From NCBI GenBank assembly GCA_051886175.1, contig JBJEXV010000029.1, forward strand, positions 27,029 to 91,028: a DNA stretch of 64,000 nt. The letters run 5' to 3'. A program made the position numbers and the translations under genes. The notes beneath the pieces are model-generated. The model made no database searches, was not told where the DNA came from, and was given only the letters and a program-made list of their open reading frames with translations. Source of the stretch: Candidatus Coprovivens sp. (GTDB taxonomy: Bacteria; Bacillota_I; Bacilli_A; RF39; UBA660). Below, piece after piece: positions 25,976 through 37,167 of this stretch (position 1 is its first letter; every line of letters starts with the position of its first letter).

Positions 25976-26413
25976 TTACTTTCTATTAGTTATTATTTCT
26001 ATTTTTTCTTCTTTAAATGTAAATAATGTTAGTGATTTTTTACATTTAGGACATTTTGCTTTTTGAATACCTTTTTTAGATGGTAATGGTAGTTTTAGTA
26101 CTGTTTTACATTTAGGACATTTTTTATATACATGTTCTTTATCTTTGATATTTCTTTTTATATTTTCAAATGGTTTAAAGATAAAGTTAGTTATCTTGTT
26201 AAAGATATTATTTTCTTTTTGACGTGCAGTAATGTTTTTAGATAGCATTCTAAATAGTATTAATACTACTAATAGTAATGCACTAAGATCGCCAATAAAG
26301 GAATTAGTAACTAGGTTTATTATAGATAATATGATATATATCCATATTGTAAACAACCCTAGTTCATCGATACCGTTTCTACCATATAAAATATTGTTAA
26401 GTAAGTTTTTCAT
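25976..26413 (-). CDS. membrane protein with C-terminal zinc ribbon
   Basis: Two TM segments, then CPKCK...CPKCK. Confidence 0.5.
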   Translation of the reverse strand: MKNLLNNILYGRNGIDELGLFTIWIYIILSIINLVTNSFIGDLSALLLVVLILFRMLSKNITARQKENNIFNKITNFIFKPFENIKRNIKDKEHVYKKCPKCKTVLKLPLPSKKGIQKAKCPKCKKSLTLFTFKEEKIEIITNRK

Positions 26414-26428
26414 TTTATCACCTCGTTA

Positions 26429-26926
26429 TTATATGTATCTTTTTATTTTTATATGTTTTAAATGTATTAGTGTAATTATTGTAATAATAGTTAAAATAAG
26501 TAATGCAATTGGGAGTGTAGATGTATTAGGATTTTGTGATTGTTTTACTTTATTAACGAATGTAATTTTATTGTTTGTTTTAGTATTAGAATTAAATATA
26601 TTAGTTTGTTTATTGTTAATGTACGTATTGTAGTTATTATTTAATATTTGTTTTATTTGATATGATGATTCTGGGACATTTTTAATTATAATAGTTTCAT
26701 TACTTTTTAAAGTAAATGTTGTATTACCAGCAGCATCAAATATAAGGTATGAGTCTTTATTATTATAGTTATATTCATAAGCACCAGTTGCATTGTATAT
26801 ATTTAATTCGTAAGTATAGGTATTGGTTTTATAGTCATTTTGATTATTTGTTATAGTTAGATCTAGTGCTTTAGGTGATGATATGAATATAAAGAATATT
26901 ATTATGAATGTTATAAGTCTTTTCAT
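26429..26926 (-). CDS. small surface protein with sorting-signal-like C-terminus
   Basis: Signal peptide and a beta-rich domain (TFTLKSNETIIIKNVPESSYQIKQ). The C-terminus has NPNTS, a hydrophobic segment and a basic tail. Confidence 0.45.
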   Translation of the reverse strand: MKRLITFIIIFFIFISSPKALDLTITNNQNDYKTNTYTYELNIYNATGAYEYNYNNKDSYLIFDAAGNTTFTLKSNETIIIKNVPESSYQIKQILNNNYNTYINNKQTNIFNSNTKTNNKITFVNKVKQSQNPNTSTLPIALLILTIITIITLIHLKHIKIKRYI

Positions 26927-26994
26927 TTTATCACCTACCTTATATTAGATATTATATCATAGAAAAAGTATAGATTGCTCTATACTTTTATTTA

Positions 26995-29556
26995 TTATTC
27001 TGTACGTAATGCTTCTACTGGGTCTTTTTTAGATGCGATTCTAGAAGGTATTAGTCCTGCTACTACCGTTAGTACTACACTTATAATTATTAATATTATT
27101 GCACCATCTGCAGGTAGTATAGAGATATTTTTGATATCAACAATAGCTTCGATAATTATATTGATTGGAACGTTAAGTGCTAATGTTACTAAGATTCCTA
27201 GAACACCTGCTGCGAATCCTTCGATAAGTGTTTCAGCATTAAATACTCTTGAGATATCTTTTTTAGAAGCTCCGATAGCTCTTAAGATACCGATTTCTTT
27301 TGTTCTTTCAATAACTGAAATATAAGTTATGATTGCAATCATGATTGAAGATACAACTAAACTTATTGCAACGAATGCAATTAGTACTGATGAGATAACA
27401 TCAACGATTGTTGAAACTGAACTCATTATTAGACCTACTATATCAGTATATGTAAGTTGGTCTTCTTCCTCTTTTCCTTCGTTATATTTGTCTATTAATG
27501 CAGTTATTTCTTCTTTTGCTTCAAAGTTTTTAGGATAGATACTAATTGTATCTGGATCATCTAAATCAGCTACTCCTAAAGTTTTTAAGTTGTTTTCATA
27601 TGTAGAAGACATATTAGCTGTATAACTTTGCATGAATGCTGCTAAGTCTTCTTGAGACATACTTTGGAAGTATTTTAACTGTTCTGGTGTTAAAGAACTA
27701 TAATCAAATTTAGTACTTGATGAGAATTCACTACCAGTAAAGACATTTATTTCTGGTTTTTCCATTTGTTCTTTAACAATGTCTTGTTCTTTTATTTTAT
27801 TAATTAAATGTTCTTTTAGTTCTGGTTTGTAACCAACCATTCCGTATGATGCTCCACCAGCAATAGCATCTGGATTTTGTTTAATAATACCTACAATTTT
27901 TATTGTTTCTGCTTCTTCGATAACTTTACTCATGTATTTAGTATCGTTTTTCATATCCATCCAAATACCATTTTGTTTTTTATAGTAATCAGTATTTAGA
28001 AGTAATTTAAATTCTAAACCAACGATGTCGCTTGTTTTAAATTTAGCTTGTTCGAATGATACTTCTTGATGAGTAGTCATTTTATTAAAGTTTTCTTCTA
28101 ATTCATCTTGAGATAGTAATCCTAAACTATATAATGTGTAATCAGATACATTACCATTTTGATCTACTAATAGAACCATTTCGTTATATTTTTCAGGCCA
28201 TCTACCATCTACTATATCAAATTGTTGTTTATTTAATTTATCGTTATCTAGCATTTCATAGAATACGTCATAGTTAGATAAATAAGAACTATAAACGTTT
28301 GAGATACCGTCCATACCCATACCTAATGCATTGAATACTTGGTTTGGATTTACTTGAAGGTATTCGCCATCTTCTTCTTGTTTATATAAGTTCATTTGAA
28401 CATTATATCCATATTCGATAGCTGAAGTATGTTGTTTCATACCAGTATCTTTATCTTCAATATATTCTTTAAAACTCTTTAAATCGTTACTATTAGTTTG
28501 TTCTGATAATGTTGTAAACATATCACCCATAATATTTATTGAATGAATTTCATCATCTGGATGTTCTTCAACGTTTTGTGAATCAGCCATAGACATCATT
28601 AATGAACCCATATCAATTGTTTCTTTTTGAATTATTAATGGGTATGAAGATAACGTTTCTTCTTCTACTCTATCAATATATTTTTGAATACCATTTGATA
28701 ATGATAAGATTAAAGCAATACCTATGATTCCAATTGAACCAGCAAATGCTGTAAGGATTGTTCTTCCTTTTTTAGTCATTAAGTTATTTAAACTTAGTGA
28801 TAATGCTGTTTTGAAATTCATTGATGTTTTTTTAGATTTACCTTTTGAAACTACTTGTTCTGTTTGTTCTTCTTTACCATCGAATGGGTTTGAATCATCA
28901 ACTATTTGACCATCTAGTAATTGAACTATACGTGTTGAGTAGTTTACTGCAAGTTCTGGGTTGTGTGTGACCATAATAACTAATTTATCTTTGGCAATTT
29001 CTTTTAACAAATCCATTACTTGTAAACTTGTTTCTGAATCTAATGCTCCAGTTGGTTCATCAGCTAGTAAGATATCTGGATCGTTAACTAATGCTCTTGC
29101 AATAGCAATACGTTGCATTTGGCCACCAGACATTTGGTTTGGTTTTTTATTCATATGTTTTTCTAAACCAACTTTTTTAAGAACTTCGATACTTCTTTTT
29201 CTTCTTTCTTTATCATCTACACCAGATAGTGTTAGAGCTAATTCTACGTTTTGTAAGGCAGTTTGATGTGGTATTAAATTGTAACTTTGGAATACGAAAC
29301 CAACATTATGATTTCTATATGTATCCCAATCTCTATCAGTATATTCTTTAGTAGATACACCATTGATTACTAAATCTCCTGATGTATATTTATCTAAGCC
29401 ACCGATAATATTTAACATTGTAGTTTTACCACTACCACTTTGGCCTAAAATTGCTACGAATTCATTTTTGCGGAATTTAACATCTACTTTATTTAAAGCT
29501 TTTTGTTTAAATCCTGCTACTTCGTATGTTTTTGTAATTTTCTTTAACTCTAGCAT
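26995..29556 (-). CDS. fused ABC transporter ATPase-permease (MacB/FtsX type)
   Basis: Walker A GQSGSGKTT, signature LSGGQMQR, Walker B LLADEPT, and a C-terminal FtsX-like permease with a large extracytoplasmic loop. Confidence 0.9.
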   Translation of the reverse strand: MLELKKITKTYEVAGFKQKALNKVDVKFRKNEFVAILGQSGSGKTTMLNIIGGLDKYTSGDLVINGVSTKEYTDRDWDTYRNHNVGFVFQSYNLIPHQTALQNVELALTLSGVDDKERRKRSIEVLKKVGLEKHMNKKPNQMSGGQMQRIAIARALVNDPDILLADEPTGALDSETSLQVMDLLKEIAKDKLVIMVTHNPELAVNYSTRIVQLLDGQIVDDSNPFDGKEEQTEQVVSKGKSKKTSMNFKTALSLSLNNLMTKKGRTILTAFAGSIGIIGIALILSLSNGIQKYIDRVEEETLSSYPLIIQKETIDMGSLMMSMADSQNVEEHPDDEIHSINIMGDMFTTLSEQTNSNDLKSFKEYIEDKDTGMKQHTSAIEYGYNVQMNLYKQEEDGEYLQVNPNQVFNALGMGMDGISNVYSSYLSNYDVFYEMLDNDKLNKQQFDIVDGRWPEKYNEMVLLVDQNGNVSDYTLYSLGLLSQDELEENFNKMTTHQEVSFEQAKFKTSDIVGLEFKLLLNTDYYKKQNGIWMDMKNDTKYMSKVIEEAETIKIVGIIKQNPDAIAGGASYGMVGYKPELKEHLINKIKEQDIVKEQMEKPEINVFTGSEFSSSTKFDYSSLTPEQLKYFQSMSQEDLAAFMQSYTANMSSTYENNLKTLGVADLDDPDTISIYPKNFEAKEEITALIDKYNEGKEEEDQLTYTDIVGLIMSSVSTIVDVISSVLIAFVAISLVVSSIMIAIITYISVIERTKEIGILRAIGASKKDISRVFNAETLIEGFAAGVLGILVTLALNVPINIIIEAIVDIKNISILPADGAIILIIISVVLTVVAGLIPSRIASKKDPVEALRTE

Positions 29557-29647
29557 TTAATACACTCGCTTTCCTTTAATAATTTTAACACTATTAAGTA
29601 TATGTTGTAAAATGAAAATTTTGTGATAAAAAAAGAGCTTTCGCTCT

Positions 29648-31063
29648 TTATTTTTTTAGTTTACTAAATAGTATTAGTAATGGGTATATTTCTAGACGAC
29701 CTAGTAACATACCAATAGTCATAGATATTTTAGAAAGACATGTGAAATCACCGAATGAAGATATACCAAACGCTAAACCATTATTAGCAAATGTTGTGAA
29801 TGCTGCATTGATTGTTATTTCTAAACTATATCCGTCATAACTTACTATAAATACTAGTATTAGTAAGATAATTATGTATAAGAATAAGTATGCTCTTACA
29901 CTATTGATTGTGTCTTGATCAACTTTTTTATCTTCAAATTTAATAATTTTTACACTATTTGGTTTGAATGTTTTAATGATGTCTCTTGCAATTGATTTAA
30001 CACAAATAATAAGTCTTGATATTTTAAATCCGCCACATGCACTTCCAGCACATGCACCTATTAACATTAATTGTAAGAAGATGATACGACATGATGTTGG
30101 ATAGATATTTATATCACCTATTGAGAATCCAGTTGATGTAATTACGGAACTTACATGGAAGGCAGCTTCTCTTATTGATATACCTATTGTACTAAATGCA
30201 TGCCATGTATTAGCTACTACAAATGCAACTGCAATGAGACACATTATAAAGTATATTTTTAGTTCTTCACTCTTTAGTGCAGTTTTAAATTCTTTCATAA
30301 TTAAAAGAAAATAAATGTTGAAGTTTATTCCGAATAAGAACATAAATATTGTTACAACCCATTGGTTGAATGCCCCGATATTAGCCAAACCGGCATTGAA
30401 TTGTGCGAATCCTCCTGTACCAGCAGTTGAGAAAGATATTAAAACACTATCGTAGAAACTTAAACCACCTAGGTATAGTAATATCATTTCTATTACTGTT
30501 AATCCTATATAAATACCAAATAAGTAGAATAATGTTTTTTTAATACTTGGTACTAGTTTCGATACATTTGGTCCAGGCATTTCGGCTTTTAATACATGCA
30601 TAGATTTATCGTTTTGTGATAATGGTATTATAGCCATTACGAAGGCTAACACTCCCATACCACCTATATATACTGTTAAGCTTCGCCAGAATAGAATACT
30701 TTTACTTAATTTTTCAACATCTTTGAAAATTGTAGCACTAGTAGTAGTTAATCCTGATACTGATTCAAATAATGCATCTATGAATGAAGCATCTTTTGTA
30801 ATTACATATGGTAATGCAGATAATAATGATATTAGTATCCAAGAGATGGCTACTATAAGGAAACCATCTTTGGCATACATATATTTATTTTTAGGTTTTA
30901 ATCTATTTAATAATACACCTAATACTAAGCTTATTATTGCTGGTATTATAAACGGTAATATTGTTTCTTTATAAACTAAAGAAACAATTATTGGACATAA
31001 TAGTAAGATGGCAAATGTAATTAATACTTTACCAACATATTTATATATTAATTTATTTTTCAT
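29648..31063 (-). CDS. trkH: TrkH/KtrB-family potassium transporter membrane subunit
   Basis: 471-aa polytopic protein with repeated selectivity-filter-like motifs (TTTSAT, SVITSTGFS). Confidence 0.85.
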   Translation of the reverse strand: MKNKLIYKYVGKVLITFAILLLCPIIVSLVYKETILPFIIPAIISLVLGVLLNRLKPKNKYMYAKDGFLIVAISWILISLLSALPYVITKDASFIDALFESVSGLTTTSATIFKDVEKLSKSILFWRSLTVYIGGMGVLAFVMAIIPLSQNDKSMHVLKAEMPGPNVSKLVPSIKKTLFYLFGIYIGLTVIEMILLYLGGLSFYDSVLISFSTAGTGGFAQFNAGLANIGAFNQWVVTIFMFLFGINFNIYFLLIMKEFKTALKSEELKIYFIMCLIAVAFVVANTWHAFSTIGISIREAAFHVSSVITSTGFSIGDINIYPTSCRIIFLQLMLIGACAGSACGGFKISRLIICVKSIARDIIKTFKPNSVKIIKFEDKKVDQDTINSVRAYLFLYIIILLILVFIVSYDGYSLEITINAAFTTFANNGLAFGISSFGDFTCLSKISMTIGMLLGRLEIYPLLILFSKLKK

Positions 31064-32418
31064 TATTCTAGTATATCGTTAATATCTACGATATTTCCTG
31101 TACTATCTATTACTACTATTATGTCACGTTCTTTTATTTCATCATTACCAGTTGGTATTATGATATGTTTTTTTCTTTCAATAGCTCCAATTAATATTCC
31201 TTCTTTAAATTTAATATTTTTGATTGGAGTATTTAGTTCTTTAAAGTCTTTTTTGACGTTGAATTCTAACATTTCAAAGTTATCATTTTCAAATCTATAG
31301 ATTGCTTCACAACTACTGTGTGAACCTGCTTGCATAGCTCTTATATATTTAGCTATTTGAGTATTAGCTATTTTATGTGGTGTTACTACATTATCAATGT
31401 TTGATTTTTCTACTACACCATCTAATTCTATATGATTTACTTTTGTAATTATTTTTGGAACGTTATATTGTGATGCAAACATTGAAAGAACAATATTTCG
31501 TTCATCACTACTTGTTAGTGATATTAATGCATCACAGTTTTGTAGTCCTTCTTCAAATAGAACATCTTGATCCGATGCATCGGCATTAATAATTAATGCA
31601 TTCGGAAGTTTTTCGCTTAGTTCTTCGCATTTTTTAGGATCGATATCAATGATAGTTACATCCATATCCATAGCATCAATTGTTTTGGCAAGATGTTCTG
31701 CTATTCTTGAACCGCCACATATTAATACTTTTTTAGTCTTTTCACCGATTAAGCCGGTGTATTTTAAGAAAGCATTAATACTTTGAGGTGTTCCTGTTAT
31801 TGATATTTTATCTTCAGCATGTATTTTAGTATTACCACGTGGAACGATTGTTTCACCATTTCTTTCGATAGCACATATTAAAATATTACTTGGAAGTTTT
31901 TTAGATAGTTGTGTCATTGTATAACCAACTATTTTATTATTTTCTTTTATTTTAATAGAAATCATTTCTACTTTGCCTTTTAAGAATCTAGTTGCTTCTA
32001 AAGCACTTGGTATACTTAATGTTGTTGCGATATGATCTGCTGTTAAAGCTTCTGGATTAATTATCATAGAAAGACCTAGTTCTTCTTTTACGATATCAAT
32101 TGATTTAGTGTATTCTGGTGTTCTTATTCTTGCTATGGTATGTTTAACACCAAGTTTTTTTGCAAGCAATGAGCACATAATGTTTTGTTCATCTTGAGCC
32201 ATAACGCTTATTAATATATCAGCATCTTTAACACCAGCTTCTATTAATGTATCTGAATCTAGTGCGCTACCATGAATATAATTTAAATCATAGTTATTTA
32301 TTACGTCTTCTAATTCTAATTGGTCGTTATCAATTACAGTAACGCTATAGTTTTCCTTTGCTAATGTTTTTGCTAAGTGTTGTCCAATTTTTCCAACACC
32401 ACATATTATTATCTTCAT
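31063..32418 (-). CDS. trkA: Trk system potassium uptake protein TrkA (two RCK/NAD-binding repeats)
   Basis: MKIIICGVGKIG and VLICGGSRIA Rossmann starts. I moved the start to the ATG at 32416-32418. Confidence 0.85.
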   Translation of the reverse strand: MKIIICGVGKIGQHLAKTLAKENYSVTVIDNDQLELEDVINNYDLNYIHGSALDSDTLIEAGVKDADILISVMAQDEQNIMCSLLAKKLGVKHTIARIRTPEYTKSIDIVKEELGLSMIINPEALTADHIATTLSIPSALEATRFLKGKVEMISIKIKENNKIVGYTMTQLSKKLPSNILICAIERNGETIVPRGNTKIHAEDKISITGTPQSINAFLKYTGLIGEKTKKVLICGGSRIAEHLAKTIDAMDMDVTIIDIDPKKCEELSEKLPNALIINADASDQDVLFEEGLQNCDALISLTSSDERNIVLSMFASQYNVPKIITKVNHIELDGVVEKSNIDNVVTPHKIANTQIAKYIRAMQAGSHSSCEAIYRFENDNFEMLEFNVKKDFKELNTPIKNIKFKEGILIGAIERKKHIIIPTGNDEIKERDIIVVIDSTGNIVDINDILE

Positions 32419-32470
32419 ATTATCACCATTATAATTATACAAAATAAAAAGGAATAATGCCACATTATTC

Positions 32471-32914
32471 CTAGTTTAACTTACATTCAATTCCGTCTTC
32501 TTTTCTATCTTTGAAACTATCGTATGTAAATTTAGATAAGTCACCTATTTTTAACAATACTGATTGGTTGTTTTCAACGTTTTCATGTGTAATTACTTTT
32601 AATTGTGTTTCAGTTAATTCCATCTTACAAGTTATGTTTGCTGGTAGATTAGCTGTATTACATATTGTGTTTTCATAGAATGATTTTGATGTAGTTAGTT
32701 GACTATAGTCATTTTCACTAGTTATTTCAATAGTATAATCAATACCAGTTACTAATAAGCCACTTTTATTATAATGATACTTAGTGATTACTTTAGTAGA
32801 TAAGCCCTCTCCTACTTCTTCTCCTGCTGTACATGTAACTGATTTAGGTTTATCTTCTCCACCACAACCAGTTAGTAAGAAAATTGCTAATATTAATAAT
32901 AATGTTTTTTTCAT
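32471..32914 (-). CDS. lipoprotein, unknown function
   Basis: Lipobox LLTGC follows a signal peptide. Confidence 0.6.
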   Translation of the reverse strand: MKKTLLLILAIFLLTGCGGEDKPKSVTCTAGEEVGEGLSTKVITKYHYNKSGLLVTGIDYTIEITSENDYSQLTTSKSFYENTICNTANLPANITCKMELTETQLKVITHENVENNQSVLLKIGDLSKFTYDSFKDRKEDGIECKLN

Positions 32915-32919
32915 ATAAT

Positions 32920-33444
32920 CTACTCCTCTAATTCTTTTTTTATTTCTTTTACTATTTTAGAAACTGTTTTGTTATCTTTTCCATAAATAATTGTAATTCT
33001 TTGTTCTTCTAAATTTAGTTCAATTTTGTAATTACATATTTTAGTTAATGAATCTTCTTTTTTTATAGCATGTTCGAATTCTTTGATATCATTAATATCA
33101 TATATCATTATTGATTCTGGCGAATATAAATCTATTGTTTCTAATACTGTATTAATATTATTATCATCTAATCTAAAATATATATCAAAATAATTTTTAT
33201 AATCTTTGATTTTAGTGAATTCAAAGAATTCTAAAAGGATTGCATCTTTGATTTTTTTTTGCAATGTATTTATTGTTATGTATGTACGATGTGGGTTGAA
33301 TTTAAATTTATTGATTAGTAGTTGGGATGTATATGTATTAAGGGGTGTTTTTTTGGAATATTGTTTATTAGTTAATATATTATTTAATTTATCTTTGTAA
33401 TTATTGATATCCCCTAACATATAATCACCTTCTACCATATTCAT
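32920..33444 (-). CDS. hypothetical protein
   Basis: 174-aa ORF; no family recognised. Confidence 0.45.
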   Translation of the reverse strand: MNMVEGDYMLGDINNYKDKLNNILTNKQYSKKTPLNTYTSQLLINKFKFNPHRTYITINTLQKKIKDAILLEFFEFTKIKDYKNYFDIYFRLDDNNINTVLETIDLYSPESIMIYDINDIKEFEHAIKKEDSLTKICNYKIELNLEEQRITIIYGKDNKTVSKIVKEIKKELEE

Positions 33445-33509
33445 TATATCATATAATTTAATATTTTTTTATATTGTGTTATAATAGTTTTTGAATTGGG
33501 GCGGATTAT

Positions 33510-34295
33510 ATGATAGTTACTAGAACTGAAGATGAAATTGAAAAGTTAAGAATGGCTGGTAAGGTTGTTGGTTTAACTCATAAGTATTTACAACAATTTT
33601 TAAAACCAGGTATTAGCACTTTAGAGTTAAGTTTATTAGCTAAGAAGTTTATATTAAGTAAAGGATGTACATGTTCTTTTGAAGGATTGTATGGATTTCC
33701 TGGAACAATTTGTATAAGTATTAATGATGAAGTGGTTCATGGTATTCCAGGTAATAGAAGATTAAAAAATGGTGATATAGTTAAATTAGATATTGGGGCT
33801 TGCTATCAAGGTTATCATGGGGATTCAGCATGGAGTTATATTGTTGGAGAACCTAAATCTGAAAGAGATGTTAAGTTACTTAGATGGACAGAAGAATCTT
33901 TAATGGCCGGTTTAAATGCCGTTAAAGATGGATGTACAGTTGGAGATATTGGACATGCAGTATCTAAGGTTGCTAAAAAATATAACTTAGGTGTTGTTAG
34001 AGAATTAGTTGGTCATGGTGTTGGAGATAAAGTTCATTTAGCTCCTGATGTTCCTAATTACGGTACCGAAAGAAAAGGTGCTGTATTACATACTGGTAAT
34101 GTTATAGCAATTGAACCAATGTTAAATGCTGGTAGTGCTGATATTTATATGCTAGATGATGATTGGACTATTTTAACTGATGATGAATCTAATAGTGCAC
34201 ATTTTGAACATACTGTATTAGTTACTGATGATGGTTATGAAATATTAACTAGAAGAGATATTGAATTAGATCCAGAAGATATTGTTGAAATGTAG
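33510..34295 (+). CDS. map: type I methionine aminopeptidase
   Basis: Metal-ligand context DIVKLDIG, HGDSA, VGHGVG, IEP and FEHT. Confidence 0.95.
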   Translation: MIVTRTEDEIEKLRMAGKVVGLTHKYLQQFLKPGISTLELSLLAKKFILSKGCTCSFEGLYGFPGTICISINDEVVHGIPGNRRLKNGDIVKLDIGACYQGYHGDSAWSYIVGEPKSERDVKLLRWTEESLMAGLNAVKDGCTVGDIGHAVSKVAKKYNLGVVRELVGHGVGDKVHLAPDVPNYGTERKGAVLHTGNVIAIEPMLNAGSADIYMLDDDWTILTDDESNSAHFEHTVLVTDDGYEILTRRDIELDPEDIVEM

Positions 34296-34386
34296 TTTTA
34301 CTACATTTTTTATTTTGAGAAAATATTTACAATCAAATTCAATTATGGTAAAATATCCAAGTTCGTTTTGAAAGGGGTTTATTAAA

Positions 34387-35790
34387 ATGAAGAAAACAAA
34401 GATTATTTGTAGTATCGGTCCTTCTACTCAAAATTGGGAAAATTTTAAAGGAATTGTAGAAGCTGGTATGAATGTTGCAAGAATTAATTTCTCACATGCA
34501 ACATTAGAAGAAAGACAATTAGATGAAAGTTTAGTTAGAAGAGCTAATGAAGAATTAGGTGCTAATATTGGTATTTTATATGATACTAAAGGTCCTGATT
34601 TACGTACATGTAATTTTCTAGATGATAGATTAGAATTAGTTAAAGGTAATACTATTAGAATTGTTGAAGAAGATGTAATTGGTAATGAAGAAAGAATATC
34701 TTTAAATTATAAAGGTGTTTTAAAAGACGTTAAAGTTGGTTCAACTATTCTACTTGATGATGGTTTTTATAAGTTAGTTGTTGAATCTATTGAAGAAGAT
34801 GGTGTTACTTGTAGAATTATGAATTCTGGGGTAATTAAATCTAGACGTGGTGTTTGTTTACCAGGGGTTAAGTTAGATGTACCATATATATCAGATAAAG
34901 ATAAGGAAGATATTAAGTATGCTTGTGATAATAATGGTGATTATTTAGCTATATCATTCGTTAATAGTGCAGATGATGTTAACGCTGTTAAAGCTTTATG
35001 TAAGGAATATGGTAAACCTAATATGCCAATTATTTCTAAAGTAGAAACACAATATGCAATGGATAATTTAGAAGAAATTGTTGAAGCTTCTGATTATATT
35101 ATGGTTGCACGTGGAGATTTAGGTATTGAAACTGGTGTAGAAAATTTACCTTTATATCAACAAATGATGATTGATACATGTCATAAGTATGGTAAAGGTG
35201 TTATTATGGCTACACAAATGATGTATAGTATGAAAACTAATATACGTCCTACTAATGCTGAAGTAACAGATGTTGCTAATGCTGTATTAGCTGGTTGTGA
35301 TGCTATTATGACTAGTGACGAAACTACAATTGGTAACTTTCCTGTTGAAACTATTGAAACAATGACAGGTATTTGTGAGAGTGTAGAAAAAATTACTATG
35401 TATGATTTAGATGAGTTTAAGTTAAGAGGAACTGAAATTCATAATACTATTGCAAAATGTGCTGCACAAGCTAGTAAGGATCTTCCTATTAAAGCAATAG
35501 TTGCTTCTACTCTAACTGGTAAGACTGCATTAGATATTGCTTCTTTAAGACCTGATGCTTTAATTGTTGCTACTACAACTACTAAAGAAGTTGCTCGTAG
35601 TTTAGCATTAAAATGGGGAGTTTATACTAAGTTAGTTCCAATTGGAAACGATACTGATACTATTTCACAAGATGGTGTTTTAGCTGCTAAAGAATTATTA
35701 GATTTACAAAAAGGAGATTTAGTAATAGTAGTTGGTGGCTCACCAAAAGAAGCACATACTAATTTCTTAAAAATTGAAGAAATAAAATAA
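34387..35790 (+). CDS. pyk: pyruvate kinase
   Basis: KIICSIGP, NVARINFSHA, MVARGDLGIE and QMM motifs. Confidence 0.95.
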   Translation: MKKTKIICSIGPSTQNWENFKGIVEAGMNVARINFSHATLEERQLDESLVRRANEELGANIGILYDTKGPDLRTCNFLDDRLELVKGNTIRIVEEDVIGNEERISLNYKGVLKDVKVGSTILLDDGFYKLVVESIEEDGVTCRIMNSGVIKSRRGVCLPGVKLDVPYISDKDKEDIKYACDNNGDYLAISFVNSADDVNAVKALCKEYGKPNMPIISKVETQYAMDNLEEIVEASDYIMVARGDLGIETGVENLPLYQQMMIDTCHKYGKGVIMATQMMYSMKTNIRPTNAEVTDVANAVLAGCDAIMTSDETTIGNFPVETIETMTGICESVEKITMYDLDEFKLRGTEIHNTIAKCAAQASKDLPIKAIVASTLTGKTALDIASLRPDALIVATTTTKEVARSLALKWGVYTKLVPIGNDTDTISQDGVLAAKELLDLQKGDLVIVVGGSPKEAHTNFLKIEEIK

Positions 35791-35812
35791 GATTCCAAAT
35801 ATGGAATCTTTT

Positions 35813-37111
35813 TTATTCTTCGTAATATGAACCGTCTTCATTTATATGTTGTTTTAAGATAGGTAGATCATTATCTTTTTTTATAATATCTACTAAGTTA
35901 TATTCTTTATCTACAGGATTTTTAATGTAATACACTGTATCATTGTAGTTATATAATCTTTCTGTACCTATTGTTGTATATGGAAGATCTTTTTTATCAT
36001 CATAGAACTTAGTTAATTTATTATATATTTTTTTATTATCTTTAATTGATATATCTAAGTAATTTATTAAGAATATATCGTTAGATTCTTTATATAATTT
36101 AACTTTATTATAATAGTTATTACATTCTATACTATCATCACAGAATATATTTACTATTAATTTATCTTCATATAGTTCTTTTAGATACGGAGATTTTCTA
36201 CCTGATGAGATGTAACCTATTTGTTCTTTAAATGATATTTTATACCATATGTAATGTTCTCCACCTACTACATCTAGGACATTATAAATATCTCCTTCAT
36301 GTACTTCACCTATTTTATTTGAGTTAGTGGTTGGTTTTGTTCTTACGTTAATGAAATCGTTTGTTATTTCTATTTGGTAATCGCTATATGTTTGAATTAT
36401 TGTTTCATGGTATATAGGTTTTTTATTATAGTTATATATTATAAAAATAGATATTATAGATATTATTATTGATACTATTAACGTAATTATATATTTTTTA
36501 TTATAGGTAGGTTCCTTATAGTAATCTTCTATTTTTTTATTTTTTTCTGCTATTTCTAGTGTATTATCTTTTTTTATTATTTTAGGTATTTCTTGTAGTT
36601 TATTTATTCTAGGTAATAATAGATATATAATATTTATTATGTAAAGTATGTAATATTGAATATCTATTCTAAAATTTAATGAATATATATTTATAAAAAA
36701 GATTATATGTATTATTAAATTAATATAGAATGTTATTTTTGATAGTTTATAAGTCTTTTTAGATAGTATAGCTAGTATACATGATATAAATGTTATATTA
36801 ATAATAAGACTTGAATATAAGCCTGCTATGCTTGTAAATGCAGGTTCTCTTTGAGCTACAATTAATGAATATGAATTTCTAAATGTTTTTATTAAAGTAA
36901 TGTCATATATAGAAATAATTAGTAATATTATAAAAAAAGATATATATATTAATGTATTTAATGGGTGTATTCTTTCTTTTTTTATGATTATTTCTTCGTA
37001 ATCTTCTTTTTTTATTTGTTTTGTTTTAGGAACTGGGGCACCACAATTTGGGCATGATGAAGCTTTATTAGATATGTTATGTTTACATTCTTTGCATTCT
37101 ATAATTGCCAT
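35813..37111 (-). CDS. zinc-ribbon / multi-TM / SH3b-domain protein
   Basis: N-terminal CKECKH...CPNCG, several TM helices, and an SH3b-like INVRTKPTTNSNKIGEVHEGDIY...WYKI. Confidence 0.55.
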   Translation of the reverse strand: MAIIECKECKHNISNKASSCPNCGAPVPKTKQIKKEDYEEIIIKKERIHPLNTLIYISFFIILLIISIYDITLIKTFRNSYSLIVAQREPAFTSIAGLYSSLIINITFISCILAILSKKTYKLSKITFYINLIIHIIFFINIYSLNFRIDIQYYILYIINIIYLLLPRINKLQEIPKIIKKDNTLEIAEKNKKIEDYYKEPTYNKKYIITLIVSIIISIISIFIIYNYNKKPIYHETIIQTYSDYQIEITNDFINVRTKPTTNSNKIGEVHEGDIYNVLDVVGGEHYIWYKISFKEQIGYISSGRKSPYLKELYEDKLIVNIFCDDSIECNNYYNKVKLYKESNDIFLINYLDISIKDNKKIYNKLTKFYDDKKDLPYTTIGTERLYNYNDTVYYIKNPVDKEYNLVDIIKKDNDLPILKQHINEDGSYYEE

Positions 37112-37167
37112 AAGCCCACCTTCTTTGCAATTAAATTATAATATAATATTTAAGAATTTAAAAGAGA

